From Vicugna vicugna (lineage: Eukaryota), in assembly GCA_013265495.1 (NCBI GenBank), contig MU058423.1, positions 3,487,061 through 3,551,060 on the forward strand: 64,000 bases of DNA. Reading direction: 5' to 3'. Position numbers and translations under genes: made by a program. The notes beneath the pieces are model-generated. The model saw only the letters and a program-made list of their open reading frames with translations, ran no database searches and was not told where the DNA came from. Positions 1-14,305 of this stretch are shown piece by piece. Positions within the stretch are counted from its first letter, which is position 1, and every line of letters begins with the position of its first letter.

Positions 1-1725
1 TTACTGAATATTTTAAGCCCACCATTGAAACCTACTGCTCAGAAAAAAAAAGATTCCTTTCAATATATTACTATTCAATGACAATGTACCTGGTCACTCA
101 AGAGCTCTGATGGGGATGTTAATATTGTTTTCATGTCTGCTTACCCAACAGCCATTATGTAGCCCATGGATCAAGAAGTAATTTCAACTTTCAAGTTTTA
201 TTCTTTAAAAAATACATTTTGTGAGGCTATAGCTGCCATAGATAGTGATTCCTCTGATGGCTCTGCGCAAAGGAAATCGAAAACCTTCTGGAAGGATTCA
301 CTATTCTAGATGCCATTAAAAACATTTGTGATTCATGGGAAGAGGTCAAAATATCAACATTGACTAGGAGTTAGGAAGAAGTTGATTTCAGCCCTAATGG
401 ATAACTTTAGGGGGTTCAAGACCTCCGTGGAGGAAGCAACTGCAGATATGGTGGAAAGCAAGAGAACTAGAATTAGAAGTAAAGCTTGCACATGTGACTG
501 AATTGCTGCAATTTCATGATAAAACTTGAACCGCTGAGGGATTGCTTCTTATGAATGAGCAAAGAAAGTGGTTTCTTGAGATGGAATCTACTCTTGGTGA
601 AGATGCTGTGAAGACTGTTGAAATGACAGCAAAGGATTTAGAATGCTACATAAACTCATTTGACAAAATAGCAGCAGGTTTGAGAGGATTGACCTCAATT
701 TTGAAAGAAGTTCTAGTGTGGGTAAAATGCTATCAAACAGCCTTGCATGCCACAGAGAAGTAGTTCGTGAAAGGAAGAGACGATGTGGCAAACTTCATTG
801 CTGTCTTATTTTAAGAAATTGCCACATCCACTCCACCTTCAGCAACCACAATCGTGATCAGTCAGCAGCCATCAACATCAAGGTAAGACCGTTCACCAGC
901 AATGAGATGATGACTCGCTGAAGGCTCAGATGACGGTTAGCATTTTTTTAGCAATGAAGTATTTTAAATTAAGGTCTGTACTTTTTAAAGGCATAATGCT
1001 ATTGCATATTTAATAAATACAGTATAGTGTAAACATTAGCTTTGATATGCACTGGAAAACCAAAAACTTTATTCTTGCTTTTTTTTTTAATTGAAGTACA
1101 GTCAGTTACAATGTGTCAATTTCTAGTGTACAGCACAATGTCTCAGTTATGCATATACATATGTATATTCATTTTCATATTCTTTTTCATTAAAGGTTAT
1201 TATAAGATATTGAATATAGTTCCTTGTGCTATACAGAAGAAATTTGTTTTTTAATCTTTTTAAAATCTATTTTTAATATATATGGCAAACATTTGCAAAT
1301 CTCAAACTTTCAAATGTATCCTTTCCCACCTGCTTTCCCCTGGTAATCATGATTGTTTACTATGCCTGGGAGTCTGTTTCTGTGTTGTAGATGAGTTCAT
1401 TAGTGTCCTCTTTTTTCTTTTTTTTAGATTCCACATATTAATATCATATGGTATTTTTCTTTCTCTTTCTGGCTTACCTCACTTAGAATGACGATCTCTA
1501 GGTCCATTCATGTTGCTGCAAGTGGCATTATTTTATTCTTTTTTATGGCATTGTATAAACATACCACAACTTCTTTATCCAGTTATCTGTCGATGGACAT
1601 TTAAGTTGCTTCCATGTGTTGGTTATTGCTGCTATAAACTCTGGGGTGCAGGCTTGCTTTATTTCGATATTCACTTTATTGTGGTGGTCTGGATCTGAAC
1701 CCACAATATCTTCAAGGTGTGCCTG
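1..1725 (+). mobile_element. Tigger1-like DNA transposon fossil (3' part), interrupted by an L1
   Basis: Degenerate transposase ([22 protein letters not shown]) with stops. Terminal ...tcaaggtgtgcctg at 1725 followed by TA. Confidence 0.85.
1082..1652 (-). mobile_element. 5'-truncated L1 3' end (lineage-specific family)
   Basis: Poly-T then ttgaagtacagtcagttacaatgtgtc; flanked by direct repeat CTTGCTTT at 1074-1081 and 1653-1660. Confidence 0.85.
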
Positions 1726-2950
1726 TAATACCTTAGTCTAAATGCTGAGCATACTCATTTTTGATAATCATAGTTGAATGAGATGGAAATTTCTGTGTTA
1801 GAATTAGAAGTCCCATTGGAGTTGATAGGGGAAGCCAGTATAGCTTTCCAAGCTTCATAGCTGAGGGGAACAACTTAAAATAGCTGCCTTTCACACAGTC
1901 GTATCCCCTCTTGCTCTCAGAACCCAGCCTAGTTTAGGACTCCTGGGCTCCCACACATTCTTTGTAGATTTTCATCAGCAAGAAACAAGGTAATCACCTT
2001 CTAGGCTGCTGCACTGACTTTCAGAAGTTTTAGTGTGTGACACCTTTGTGAATTCTGCCCCTTCAGAGCCCCAACCCAGCAGTGTTCTCTGAGCATTCTC
2101 TGCTGGCCTCTCCCCGTGCTGTCCTATCCAGCTTCAGTCTTGCCCACAGTAGTTTCTTCTCCGCATAGGGCCCTCTTCCGGAAACACAACATTTTGTTGC
2201 GCTTTCTGAGATCTCCTGCTTCTGGTCCTCTGCTCTTCCCTAGGACATGCCTCACCAACTCCTATGCCAGCTTCTCGGGGGCCCTACTTTTGGCAGCACT
2301 CGTTCCCAACTTTGAGTTTCAGATTTCCCCTGCCTCCTGTTTTCACTGAAATGTAGTTTGAAGGATTTTATTTCCTTTTCCTCATGTTTCTAGGAGAAGT
2401 AGGACATTTCACAACTTGGCATCTACATCATTCCAGTGGAACCCAGAACTCCAAGTAAGACAAAATAGATTCAGTGGAATATTCAGACACTTTTTCTTTG
2501 TAGTCAACATCTTGAAATAAAGGATAAATGAGCATATTTGTATATATACATAGAATTACTGCACGTGTGACAACAACAGGTGCAGAGTAACACAGAGATT
2601 TTGCTTTGGCAGCTCAAATACCACAAGCAGTGCTGCCATCAGTGATATTGTTTTCCAAAATGACAAACATTTCTTGGTAACATTCTGAACAAAAGAAGTA
2701 TAATTTCCCTTTGATTTACATGATAGCTAGATTCTTGAAATGTTTAATGAAAATTTTAACAATGCAAAAATAGATAGTAAACAGATTTTTACTTGCATAA
2801 ATGTTCAGTGGGACATTTAAAAGGCCCGTATGCAATGTTTTGTGCAGAATTGTGGATCATATTTCAGGACATTTAGTATTCCTGAGCCCTTCCCACTAAA
2901 TGTCAGAGCCACCCCTACAAACATTATGACAATCAGAAGTTCTCCCACAA

Positions 2951-4096
2951 GTCTGTGTTACTAGGGGGAAAAGGGACTGCACATAAGCACTGTACTCACT
3001 GTACTCTGGTTAATAAAAGTTGCTTCCCACAGGGGCAATGGTTAACAATTCTGAAACCACTGTATGTAAATACTGAAATGTAACAGTTAAGCAAATGATG
3101 GCAGATGGTGGGGGGCCACATTTATCACTGTTGGAGTGGGAGTTTATAGATAAACAAGGGCAGGAGGCTAGAAAGTTCTATGTGGTAAGGATTAGTGTTG
3201 GAGGCATCAGTAAGAACTCATGTTTATCTTAATATAGATACAGATATTTACAAATAAGGAACATTTGTAGTTAGCAAGGAGCATACCTAATGCCCAGATC
3301 TTGGTTTCTAATACTGTTCTCCAGTAAAGGAAGCAGGACTCCTTGGGGAAATAACTGATTCTAGGACTGGAGAAGTAAATATCTATGATGAGCCTAAAGC
3401 ACCTTGTAGTGCCAGAAAGTAAAGAAGTGCTCACACAACCAAATCAAGCAACACTCCAAAACCCCCACACATGCACTCTTTGAAGGAGATCTGTTAAAGG
3501 GGCTCAGAACTTCATTGAAAGAGCTCCCAATCACCAAAGCTGGAAAAATCTAAGCAACAAAATTAATGAAGTAGTATTGGATTATAACCCAAAATATAAA
3601 ATAAATATTCATGAGTCCATACTGATGTAAATAAATGATTGAACAAAATAAATAAATGGGGAAGAATAGACATCTTCTCTGCAGAAGAATTCCAAATAAT
3701 TTATGAGAGACAGTTTACAGAATTCTTGGTTAGTACTCCACAAAACTGTCAAGGTTATCAAAAAATGAAACGTCTGAGAAACTCTCACAGTCAAGCCAGG
3801 AGGAAGCTAAGGAGACATAATGACTAAATGCAACGTGGTATCTTGGGTGGGATCCTGAAAAATAAAAAGGCAGTAGGCTAAAAGCTAAGGAAATCTGAAT
3901 AAAGTATGGGCTTTAGTTAATAGTTTATCAGTATCGTTGCTTTAATTGTGACAAATTACCCTATTAATTAAAAATGTTAATAATGGGGGAAGCTGGACAT
4001 GGGGGAAACCTGGGAATTCTCTGTATTATCTTCACAACTTTCCTGTAAATCTAAAACTATTCTAAAGCTAATTTTTTACTAAAAAGTAGTTGAAAA
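2951..4096 (+). mobile_element. Old L1M (L1MC-like) 3' UTR
   Basis: Typical L1MC 3' UTR motifs, ending ctgtaaatctaaaactattctaaa plus an A-rich tail. Confidence 0.7.
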
Positions 4097-5317
4097 AATT
4101 TCCCCCACAAATTTTCAAGTTGCTCCCTAGGAGGTGATTTTACTTTTATTGAGCATCTACTGAGCTGGTCCCATACTTGAAGCTCTGATATCTTCCCTCT
4201 CCTTATTCACTTAGAAAAATTAAAGGTAAAGTGGGATGCACATACATTAAAAAAAATCTAAGGACATTATTTCACTTGCTACAGGGTTTGAGTGAAATCT
4301 TTTCACTAGATAATTTGATTTTCTGCCCAGTTCATAATTGTAATAATGATAATGATACTAATTATATTAATAATATTGCTGATGGAATATTAATAATAAA
4401 CTACAGAGGGAGGTGGGGAGCAACTCCTGAATAGCTGAGAGTAATACACTTGGGGTGGGATTCTCTGACCTATCACTGGGAAGACAAGAGAAAACTGTCA
4501 TTGGTGTGATTTTCCTGTGAACTATTAGTGTAGTTGACTTTCTTTGCTGTCTAGAGTAGAAACTGAGCTTTAAGAAAACTAAAATTATTTTATTAGAAGA
4601 CACTATGATGCAAGCCCTGGCAGACTTTTTTCCTTAGCAAAGGTAGTTAGTCTATAATCAGAGAGAAAACGCCGTAAGAGGAGGGAATTAATTTCTGACC
4701 TGACATCTGCTATATCTCCTTTAAAATAACTATGATCACTGAAAATATCTGAAAGGAAGGGATATGAAAAAGCCCCTTTCTTCTACAAAAGCTGTGGGTT
4801 CTGTGAATGGCTAAAAGAAGACTCTGGTTAAGGGAAACACAGGGCTGTCTGAAAATATCAAATTTCAACCTGTCACTGAGAAAGTCAGATCAATAGAACA
4901 CTGTGCCATAAGAAAGTAGATTATGTCAAGGGAATGCCATATGAGTGTAATAACCTCATAGTACAGGAGCCACACCAGGGAAGGATAGAGTAAGCATAGC
5001 CAAAGTAGTGGTGCAGCAGACACACTATGAAGCAGAAAGTAATAGAAAAGTCTTTAGTGGAATAGCTCATACAGGTGATCCTAGAAAGAAAAGCCTACTC
5101 TAAATTTTGTGAGTCTCTAAAATTTTTTTAAGGCGTTGTAGTACTTTAGCCTACTATAATTTTGCTTTTGCAAAAATATATATTGCTTAATGCTTCTTTT
5201 TTTTTTAAATAAAACTTCCTACAGATTTTTGCTTGTAAATTGTAAAGTTAATTCCAGAATATTGAACTATACAAAGGAAAAATTTTCCTCACTTTTTTTT
5301 ATAGTACTAAGTTAGAG

Positions 5318-5625
5318 ATATCTAGCTGTCCAAAAAAAATTTAGTCTCCTCTTCTTCCTTAAACTACATCTAAACATTTCTCAACATCCCTGGTGGTTAG
5401 GATGGACATGTGACTAAGTTATTTCCAATGGAATGTGAATGGAAGTGATGTGTTCAACTTTTAGGGCTGAAATTAGATATCCTGAAACTCTGCATGGAGG
5501 AGAGCTACCTGTGACATGAAACACCTGTGTATTATTATTATATGAGTTATAAATAATTACTTTTAAATTTGGGCAGTTACAGTTTTGGGCCTACTTGTTA
5601 GAGCAATATAGCCTATCTTAATACA
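5318..5625 (+). mobile_element. MaLR (MLT1-type) LTR
   Basis: catgtgactaagtt...ccaatggaatgtgaatggaagtgatgtg core; ends taataca. Confidence 0.65.
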
Positions 5626-5719
5626 AGTTTCTTGAGTATTTAGTGAACTAATGAAAGAAAAATCCTTTAGAGGACTAACACCCTATTAAGATGTGAGCAT
5701 TTTATGTAGGAAATATTCT

Positions 5720-6800
5720 CTTAATGCAAAATAAAGCAGTAAAAAAGGAGTAGAGGAACAAATAGGACACAAGGCATCTAGAAAACAGAAGTAAAGTGGC
5801 AGGTGTAAATCCAACTATGTCAGTAATAATATAAAATGTGAATTAAACAATCAAAAGCAAAGATTATTAGACTAAATTTTTGAAAGATACAATTGTATAC
5901 TGTCTGTAAGGGGACATGCATTAGATCCAAAGATAAGAAATAGATTGAAAGTAAAAGGATGGAAAAAGATGCATCACAGAAATAGCAATCATAACAGAGT
6001 TGGAGTGGTTATACTAGTATCAGACAAAATACTTTAAAACAATAAATGTTAATGAGATAAAAGAGGAACATTCATAACAAATATGTCATTTTATCAAGAT
6101 AATGTAACAATCAAAAACATATATACCTAACAACAGAGCCCCAAAAGATATGAAGCAAGAACTGAAGGGAGACAGGCAATTCAACAATAATAGTTGGATG
6201 CTTGAATATGCACTTTCAATAAAGGATATAACACCTAGGCAGATCAACAAGGAAATGGAAGACTTGGTCAACACTATACACAAACTAGACCTAACATATA
6301 TAGAACACACCATTCAAAAACAGCAGTGTATACATTCTTAAGTGCACATGAAACATTCTCCAGGATAGACCACATGCTAGGTCAGAAAGGAGGTCAATAC
6401 ACTTAAAAAGAAGAAAAATTATACAAAGTATGTTCTCTGATCTCAATATCCTAGACTATCCTAAACAATTTTGAAGAACAAAGTTTGAGGATTCATATTA
6501 TCTGATTTTAAGTTTACTCTAAAGCTACCATAACAAGACAGGGTGGTATTGGCATAAGGATAGGTATTCAGATCAATGAAACAAATGAGAGCTCCTAGGA
6601 ACAGGCCTCCACATACGTGGTCAACTGACTTTTGATAAAGTGCGAAGGTAATTCAATGGGGGAAAATAGTCTTTTCAGCAAATGGCTCTAGAACAACTGG
6701 ATATCCATATAGAATAATATGAACCCCGATGCCTCTGCCTTACATGATACACAAAGTTTAGCTGAAGTAGATTGTAGATTTACGTAAAAACTAAAGCAAT
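5720..6800 (+). mobile_element. Old L1 ORF2 fragments (endonuclease region joined to late ORF2)
   Basis: Degenerate L1 endonuclease peptide (INKEMEDLVNTIHKLDLTYI, acattctccaggatagaccacatgctagg), then a jump to late-ORF2 sequence near 6450. Confidence 0.75.
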
Positions 6801-8657
6801 ACTACTCAAAGTATTGTGGATTAAAGTAAGACACAGTTTTCATCTCTTTAATTAAGGAAGTTTGTAATATTCTAGTGCCTTGTACTTGCATTTTTTAATT
6901 AAATAAAACTGTCTATGGAACTGTAACTTAGTCCAAACTTACTAGAAGGCAGTTTGACAACACTTAGCAAAAACAGAACAAGCCGTAATGGAGCAGTTTA
7001 AATTTATCTCAAGGAAGTCATCATGGATATTAAAAAAAGAGTTACCTTTTAGAAAGTGCTTATTTTTTCATTGTTTATTATAGCAAAGAATTGTAATAAT
7101 ATGTTTAACAAAATATTAGTTTAAATCTAACACAGTACAATATTAAGCAGTTCTCTGAAATGATATAGGAGAATATTAATGAAATGGGAAATTTTCTACA
7201 GGATATCAACTAGGAAAACCAGTATTCAAGATAGTATATATAATCTGAGTTTACTTTAATCAAAAAAGGAATATGCAATAAAGCAGTTATACAAAAGAGA
7301 AAGGAAGGAGGGAGGGGGAGACAGAGAGAGGGAGAGATGGAGAGAGGGAGAGAGAGAAACTGAAAGGTTACACATCTAAATTAAATCTCTAGACAGTGAG
7401 AGCATGTGTATTTTTCCTTCTGCTATTTTCCATACAATAAATATGTATCATTTTGTAATCAGAAATGAAATTATATAGGTCATTTAAAAATAACAAGTTG
7501 GTATAAAGGAGAGAATTTTAAGATGGCTGAAAAAATTCTAATATAACACAGGTGGCTAATGGGGCCTTGTATTTAAGATTAAGTGCCTTAAATAGCATTT
7601 GAACAGAATAAAATAGGCATATTTTAATACACTTTTAAAAAATTTAGTAATTTCATAGTAATTGACTTTCTTAGTCATCATCCCTTTATTATAAACTTTG
7701 TTTTCCTAGGGAGAGGTTGGTAATGCCTCAATGCAAACTGAAGTGTTGTTAATGTTCAGTTACTCACCCTGTCAGATCACAGAAGGCTACCAGGAAGTCT
7801 GTGCAGGATGTCGTGCAGACAACAGGAAGTTCTTCTGAGGTCTAACAAATTTGGCCAAAGAAAATTCAAACAGATGCACGTAGTGGCCAGCTTTACTCCA
7901 ATTCATTCATGTGCAATGTGCATTACTTTAACCAAGATGATTTGGTTGGCGATGATTTGTATACTCCAAATACATTTTTTGATTCACTGGTGCAAATGAA
8001 AACACATGATCTCCATTCTCTACCTTTTTTTTTTTTTTTTATTGGTAATGGTGTTATGTTTTTAGATCATTTCTACTTCGAATATTTCTTCAGAGAAGAT
8101 ATAATGGCTTTTAGTGTAGTATCTGAACAATTTATATTATGATTTATAATCCCCCCAAATATGATTACCTCCAATACAGTTCTTCGGTCTGCAAAAGAAG
8201 GAACAATAAGGTATTGCTCTTCTTCTCTTATAGTATATTATCTCATGATTCTTCCAATAGCCCTTGGAGGAAGGCAAAGTGGACATTTTTAATCCAATCT
8301 TGTCAAAAGAAACTAGAGCTCAGAGATTTTTAGATAAACTTGCTGGACGTTAAATACCTCTAAGAGAAGGAAATGGGAACTAAGACGATGTTTAGAAAGT
8401 ACACGTTTGTTGGGACCAGATAAATATGAACATGAGTCATGACTCTGTTACTTGAGAAAGTCACTCAATCTTGTTAATAGTCAGGTTTCACATATGTGAA
8501 AAAGGGGTATGAATTCCTGCTTTGGAGGATTGTGATGAGACTTAAATGAGAATAATATATGTAAAGTATCTAGAATTTAGGATGTTTCTCTAACAGCTGC
8601 CTCCATTAATTTCTCTTAAATATTTCTGCATTCTCTGAGATAGTTGTAGCTGAATAT

Positions 8658-9368
8658 GTTTTGAATTTATTTTTTACTGAGGTAACATTTGTTGATAACA
8701 TATAAGTTTATGTGCACAACATATATTTCTTCTTCTGTCTTCACTATAGTGTGCTCACCACTAAAGTTTAGTTTCCTTCTATCACCATGCATTTTTCTTT
8801 ATGGCTGAGTAATATTCCATTGTGAGAGTGTGTGTGTGTGTGTGTGTGTGTACGACATCTTATTTATCCATTCATCCACTGATAGGCACTCAGGTTGTTT
8901 CCACATCTTGGCTATTTTAAACAATGCTACAATGAATATAGGGGTGCATATATCTTTTTGGATTAGTGTTTTTACATTCTTTGGATAAATACCCAGAAGT
9001 GGGATAACTGGGTCATATGGTAATCCTATTTTCTATTCTTAATGTTTTGTGGAATCTCCACATTGTTTTCCATAGTGGCTGTACTAGTTTACATTCCCAC
9101 TAATAGTGTTTTTTGGGGGGAGGTGGGGTGAGAGGTTGGGCAGGGAGGTAATTAGGCTTATTTATTTATTCTTGGAGGAGGTACTGGGGATTGAACCCAG
9201 GACCTCCTGCATGCTAAGCATGTGCTCTACCACTTGAGCTACACCCACCACCTCCCACTGATAGTGCAGGAGGGCTCCCTTCCCCACCTCCCGCCCCACA
9301 TCCTTGCCAGCACCCTGTTACGGGTTGTCTTTTTGATGATTGCCATTCTAGCAGGTGTGAGGTGGTAC
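8658..9368 (-). mobile_element. Truncated L1 3' end containing a (TG)n tract and a nested SINE
   Basis: L1 3' sequence flanked by a perfect 13-bp repeat tgtagctgaatat (8645-8657, 9369-9381). Confidence 0.85.
9109..9252 (-). mobile_element. tRNA-Ala-derived SINE (camelid Vic-type)
   Basis: Minus strand GGGTGTAGCTCAAGTGGTAGAGCACATGCTTAGCATGCAGGAGGTCCTGGGTTCAATCCCCAGTACCTCC with Pol III A and B boxes and an AATAAATAAATAA segment. TSD tcccact(a/g)atagtg at 9095-9108 and 9253-9266. Confidence 0.85.
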
Positions 9369-12300
9369 TGTAGCTGAATATTTTAAGTATGGAAACAAGC
9401 ATAACTTGTGGGGTGTAATTACTAGGCCTTTGTAACCGTTTCCCAGAGTCACTCTGAACTCATTTTTGGGACTGGTTCTTCCCTTGTTTTAGATGAAATT
9501 TAGGACAAGTACCACAACTTTTCTTATCACTTTCAGTTAATAAAATGTTCTTCAAAAAAGTAATTAATATGTTTGGCCCAGTATAATCAAAATTTCAATC
9601 TCTATTTAAAGGTAAAATGTCTCCCTCTCCCTCTGCTCAGGCCTGCTGCGGACAAAGAAAGGCCTGTAATGAGAGACAGGGCATGTTTGGCTTCTCTTTT
9701 TAACCCCTTGCAGGATTTACTTTCTTTAGCTTGCTAACCCCTTTGGAGTCACAATAGACTAGAAAGGAGAGGAAAGGGCCAGTGGGTTAGTTCTTACCTG
9801 ATTCATACTGTCATGAGCAGCACTGAGTTTTCTGCCCTGACATCTTGTCCAGCTCTTTCTTTGTCTTACTGGTTCTTTTCTGGGTTCTTTGGAGTCCCAC
9901 CCAGATACTGGGAAACTCTCTTTTGTAGTTTCTTGTTGGATAAGATGCACTCTCCCTGGCTGGTCACTTACGTCTCCTTCAGTCTCTAGACCTCTGATGG
10001 TGTCTCCACCTTTTTTTTTCTGCTGAAGTTTATCTCTTCAGACAGCACTTTAGTCCCTTTATGCAGAATCTAAGATAACTCCACCTTGGCTCTCTTTTCA
10101 CAGCCCACTCTGGTACAGGAGAAATATTCATATATTCTTGGTTTCCACAAACTCTGGGAGTGTAACTTGCTTAAGACAACAGGTTCTCTTTCACTTTATT
10201 GTGAGAATGGTTAGCACACGCTTCTTAAACATGAATCAGACAGCAGACCACTGTGTCCTCAAAATCCGTGAGACTTAAACTTCTCAGATAGTTTCACTGG
10301 AGTTCCTTGCCCTAGGCTGCAGGTGAGGGGCAGGTATCCCTTCCCCTGGGTGGGAGGTGGGGGTGAGTAGAAGAGGGCCCTCGGTACAGCAGCAGCTCTC
10401 TCCAAATATCCTCTTTAAACCCAACCCCTTTTACTCTCAATGTGGGTGAGGGCTTCGAGGGCCACAAAACTCACTTTCTACCACCACTTCCTTTGGGAAT
10501 TCTGCTTTATGGCCTTGCAGCTCATTTTGTAATAGGACATATGTTTTCTTGGTATCTTTGTTAAACTTCTATTTAACAGCCTGTTAATTCTGCATTACTT
10601 TATATGAAATTTATGTTTCTATGAAGTTGTTTTTAAACTTGGTTTTTGTTAATGGAATCTCATTTTTGCCATTGACTTAAATAAGTCAGTTTCACAGATG
10701 CTTCTATTTCTCTGATTTGTTTTCAAGTGGAACTGATTTTTGAACGCTTGACAAATGACATATAATCTGGTAGACTGAAACCCAGGTCAATTAAGTTTAA
10801 TGAGAGAAATCTACCTGTACATCTATATCCTCTTCCAGAAAAATGTACTTCTCCCCTTTCTTATTTGGATTCACTGGGAACTGCAAGGCACTGACAAAAT
10901 CGTGGGCCCATGGACATTGTTCATTGCTCCAGGGATGAGCACCTAACCTAAGGCAAGGAGTCCCTCGTGAGGATTTGGAGAATCAGTACCAGAAAGAGCT
11001 TTACGAAAGCCTGTCTCCGGTACCTGAGGTAGTGAGATAGAAAACTGGGAGCAGTTATGACCATGTTTTCTCCTATGTGAAGAAAACTGATCTGCATTGT
11101 GGGAGAAGGAGGAAGCAGGACAGGTAGGAACAGAGACATAAGATACAGAATCACGAGGCTGTTCCCGTTCATGGTTCTTGTTTCACCTGCGTTCCAGCTA
11201 TGGTGCTTCTCTTCTTGCAGAAGTTAGCTCAGATTGGGTTTCTGGCAGTTGGACTCTCCAAACACCATCTCTTTGTGACCTACTAAATTTCTTAAAATAT
11301 TTTTTAGGAAATAGAAAGTATAAAAGTTAGGATTCAATATGACTACAGATTTACTATATATACACGTAAAATAATGCCTTATATAGAGTCAACATCTAGG
11401 AGATATTTGAAGACATTAAAAGGGAGGGTTAATTAAAACCAACAATAATAATGAAGTTCAACACTATAACAACTTTAAAAAGTGTTACATTTTGACAACA
11501 GAAGGTTTAAAGGGTTATTATAAAACAAAATTCAACCATTGCCTGCCTTTTTCTTTTTTTTTTTTTTGTAGCACAAAGTTATATTCTTCAGGGCTTAAAT
11601 AGATGACTGAATCACTGAGAAATCATTCACAGAGATTATGAAATTCCTGACTCCAGATAAAACTTTTGAGTTTGTAATTGATGGAAGATCCTTATGTAGT
11701 ATTCTTTTTGCAATATAAAATACTTTTAAAATATATTACATTTTCTGTTGATTTACTGTAGTTTTATTGAAGTACATAGTGAATGAATATGGACAGAGAA
11801 TATTTTTTAAAAAGAAAAAAAATGTTGTGTTATACCCAGGTTTTAAATAATATTTTAGTTCTGTATCTTTTGTTAGTGCATTTTAAGGATCCATAACTAT
11901 ACTGATGACTAAAAGCATAAAGATGCACTAATCTTCCTTCTTTCCTTTGATCTGCCTGCATTCCCCTCTCTGCTTTTACTGTTTATCGCAAAGCTATTCT
12001 CCATCTTTGAGTTACAGCACCCTCTACCGAGTTGGTAGCAACATTACATTGTGGCCATTTTACCAACAGTGCTTGCTTTTCCTTCAAAAGGAAAATAACA
12101 CTTTGAATATGTACTAAAAAGTTGGACTTTCTGCAAATTGAATTGCTCTCAAACTATTTGATACAAGTACAGTCACATTACTACAAAGAAACAAGTAATC
12201 ATGAATTTGAAGGTATTATGAAGATACAAGGAAACAATGTAAAAGACATTTAGTTTTTGAGTATATAGAGCAAAAAGATAAGAAAGAAATAAAAAAAGCA

Positions 12301-14305
12301 AAAAGTTCCATTTTAAATATGAGTGATGAACACTTTAAAATGGAAATGTGCACCTGAAATTTCTGTCTGCACAGGGAAACTTCAAATAAATGCTAGAGGA
12401 GCAAATTTTTGTTTTATAGATTCTTAGTTTCATTACTTATATGACCCAAATTTCTTGTGGTTACGTTATTATGATTATGTTAATCATACCCTGGAGGTAT
12501 GATTATACTATTTTGTCTCCCCTGACTACAGTGTATGCTCCATGAGTATACGGAGACCCCTTTGTATTTCTATATCTAAAAATATTTAAAACCGTAAATT
12601 CATACCAATGCCACTAATTCAAATCCAGCACTACAGGGTTCATTCTAGCTTTCGTCTTTGCATATGTGTAGCTCATTTATCTGACAGTAAGAAGGCTAGC
12701 TCTCCTTATCCTCAGTATATTTATTATATGCTTGATCCACTTGCGTGTAACCAATCTTCCAGCCTTTAGGCTGCTGCCCTGCTCAGCTATCTTCTTTCCT
12801 TGAGCTTTGACCCTTTCGGGCAGCCTTCCTCAAGCCTGCTAATGGCTTTTAACTAGTGATTCCAGAAGGAAGTGAGGGAGGGAGGAAGGGATGGAGAGGC
12901 TTTACATACAAAAATGTAAGTATATAAGTATAGAATTTGGATCCAAATTTTGTGATTATTGATTCTTCAACAGATGTGAAATTTTTGTTTTCATTTGAAA
13001 TCTATCAGTAATCAGAGCAAAATTTACATAAATATTCACAAACTGAAATGATCTGAACATAGTCTCTTACATAGGTATTTTCAAAGTAATGAGGTATGTG
13101 GTTTTTGAAGCCAGTTTGAATTTGACACAACTCTTTTGAAATGGGGATTGTTTATATGATTTATTAATAGTGGCAGTTTTTTTGTAATTAAGTGCCATGT
13201 TTTTATGATTGAGAGTGGTCTGCATTTGTTTTTTGGGGGGTCGGGAATAGTGGATAGGCTGAGCAAGAGACAGAATTCACCTTCTTATCTGGAATTCTGT
13301 CTCCTAAATGACTTGAAAAATCTGGGGAGAATATCCACTTATCTTAATGTGATAAATGAGTCAACTCTTAAGATGATTATTGTCTCCCTAAAGACTACTA
13401 GAACATTCACATTTGAAACTCACTGTATGATAAAATTATCTTTCCAGTGATGGTGATGGCTTTACACTGAGCCAATCAAACTCTCTTAGAAAGTCCACTT
13501 TGTGATCACTTAGATTTGAAACAGCAAAGACCAGGATTTTGAAATTCGACCAGGTCCTTGTGAACAAGCTGAGACTGGTCTTATTAGCAACCAACCAATA
13601 ACTAAGTTGTCCAGTAGATTAAAAAGGTAAAGTGTTTACCAGCTAAAACTATGAAAATCTAGAATGATTATTTAAGCAGATCACCTTAACTTTAAGGTAT
13701 TCAAAGTAGGTTTTTGAAAGAGGTCTTCAATGACCAAAACAGATAAAATGGATTAAGTTCGAAGGTTGTTCCAACGGAAAACAGTAGTGCTTGAGAAGAC
13801 TAGATGCCGGGAAAAATGGAAGCAAGCTGAACTGGGCTGAACCCCAGACTTCTGACCACAGAAATGAATTGGGTTAAGGAAGTGAATAAGTTCAGGGTTT
13901 CTACTCTTGGTCTCTAGAGGAACCACTGGGCTTTGGGAACAACATACAAGTGGGTAGGGATGCAAATGTTTAAATGTCTGTGTAACATTTTCTTTTCTCA
14001 TGCAGGAAGGTGTTATTGTTAATTATGCCTTTATTTGGTATGGTAACAGTGTTTTCTTAATTCATTGCAGATGGATACTTTTCTTTTTTAAAAAAAGTAA
14101 AAACAAATTATTAGAAAATTCAAATAAAACAGACAAGCCTTGAGTTTTTACTAGATTCAACAAACAGGAGATTACTCTATCAAACAGCTGTTAAGTTTCT
14201 AAATGCTTCCTTTTAATCTCTGATTTACCTTGTTGTGAACAGGTAACAGCTTGCAGTCTGGCATCAGTGTGCAAACTACACTTTGGTAGGATTACTTTAT
14301 ACTAG

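Noticed and set aside
1..930. Possible domesticated Tigger transposase (TIGD-like) gene
   Set aside because: In-frame stops and frameshifts, for example TAG immediately before PMDQ; a neutral fossil.
4860..5100. Minus-strand acceptor-like ttttctttctag followed by about 50 open codons (ITCMSYSTKDFSITFCFIVCLL...)
   Set aside because: No recognisable homology and no partner exons found. Would need conservation or RNA evidence.
9176..9248. Apparent tRNA-Ala(AGC) gene on the minus strand
   Set aside because: It is followed by a SINE body and tail, flanked by TSDs and inserted in an L1, so it is a SINE head rather than a tRNA gene.
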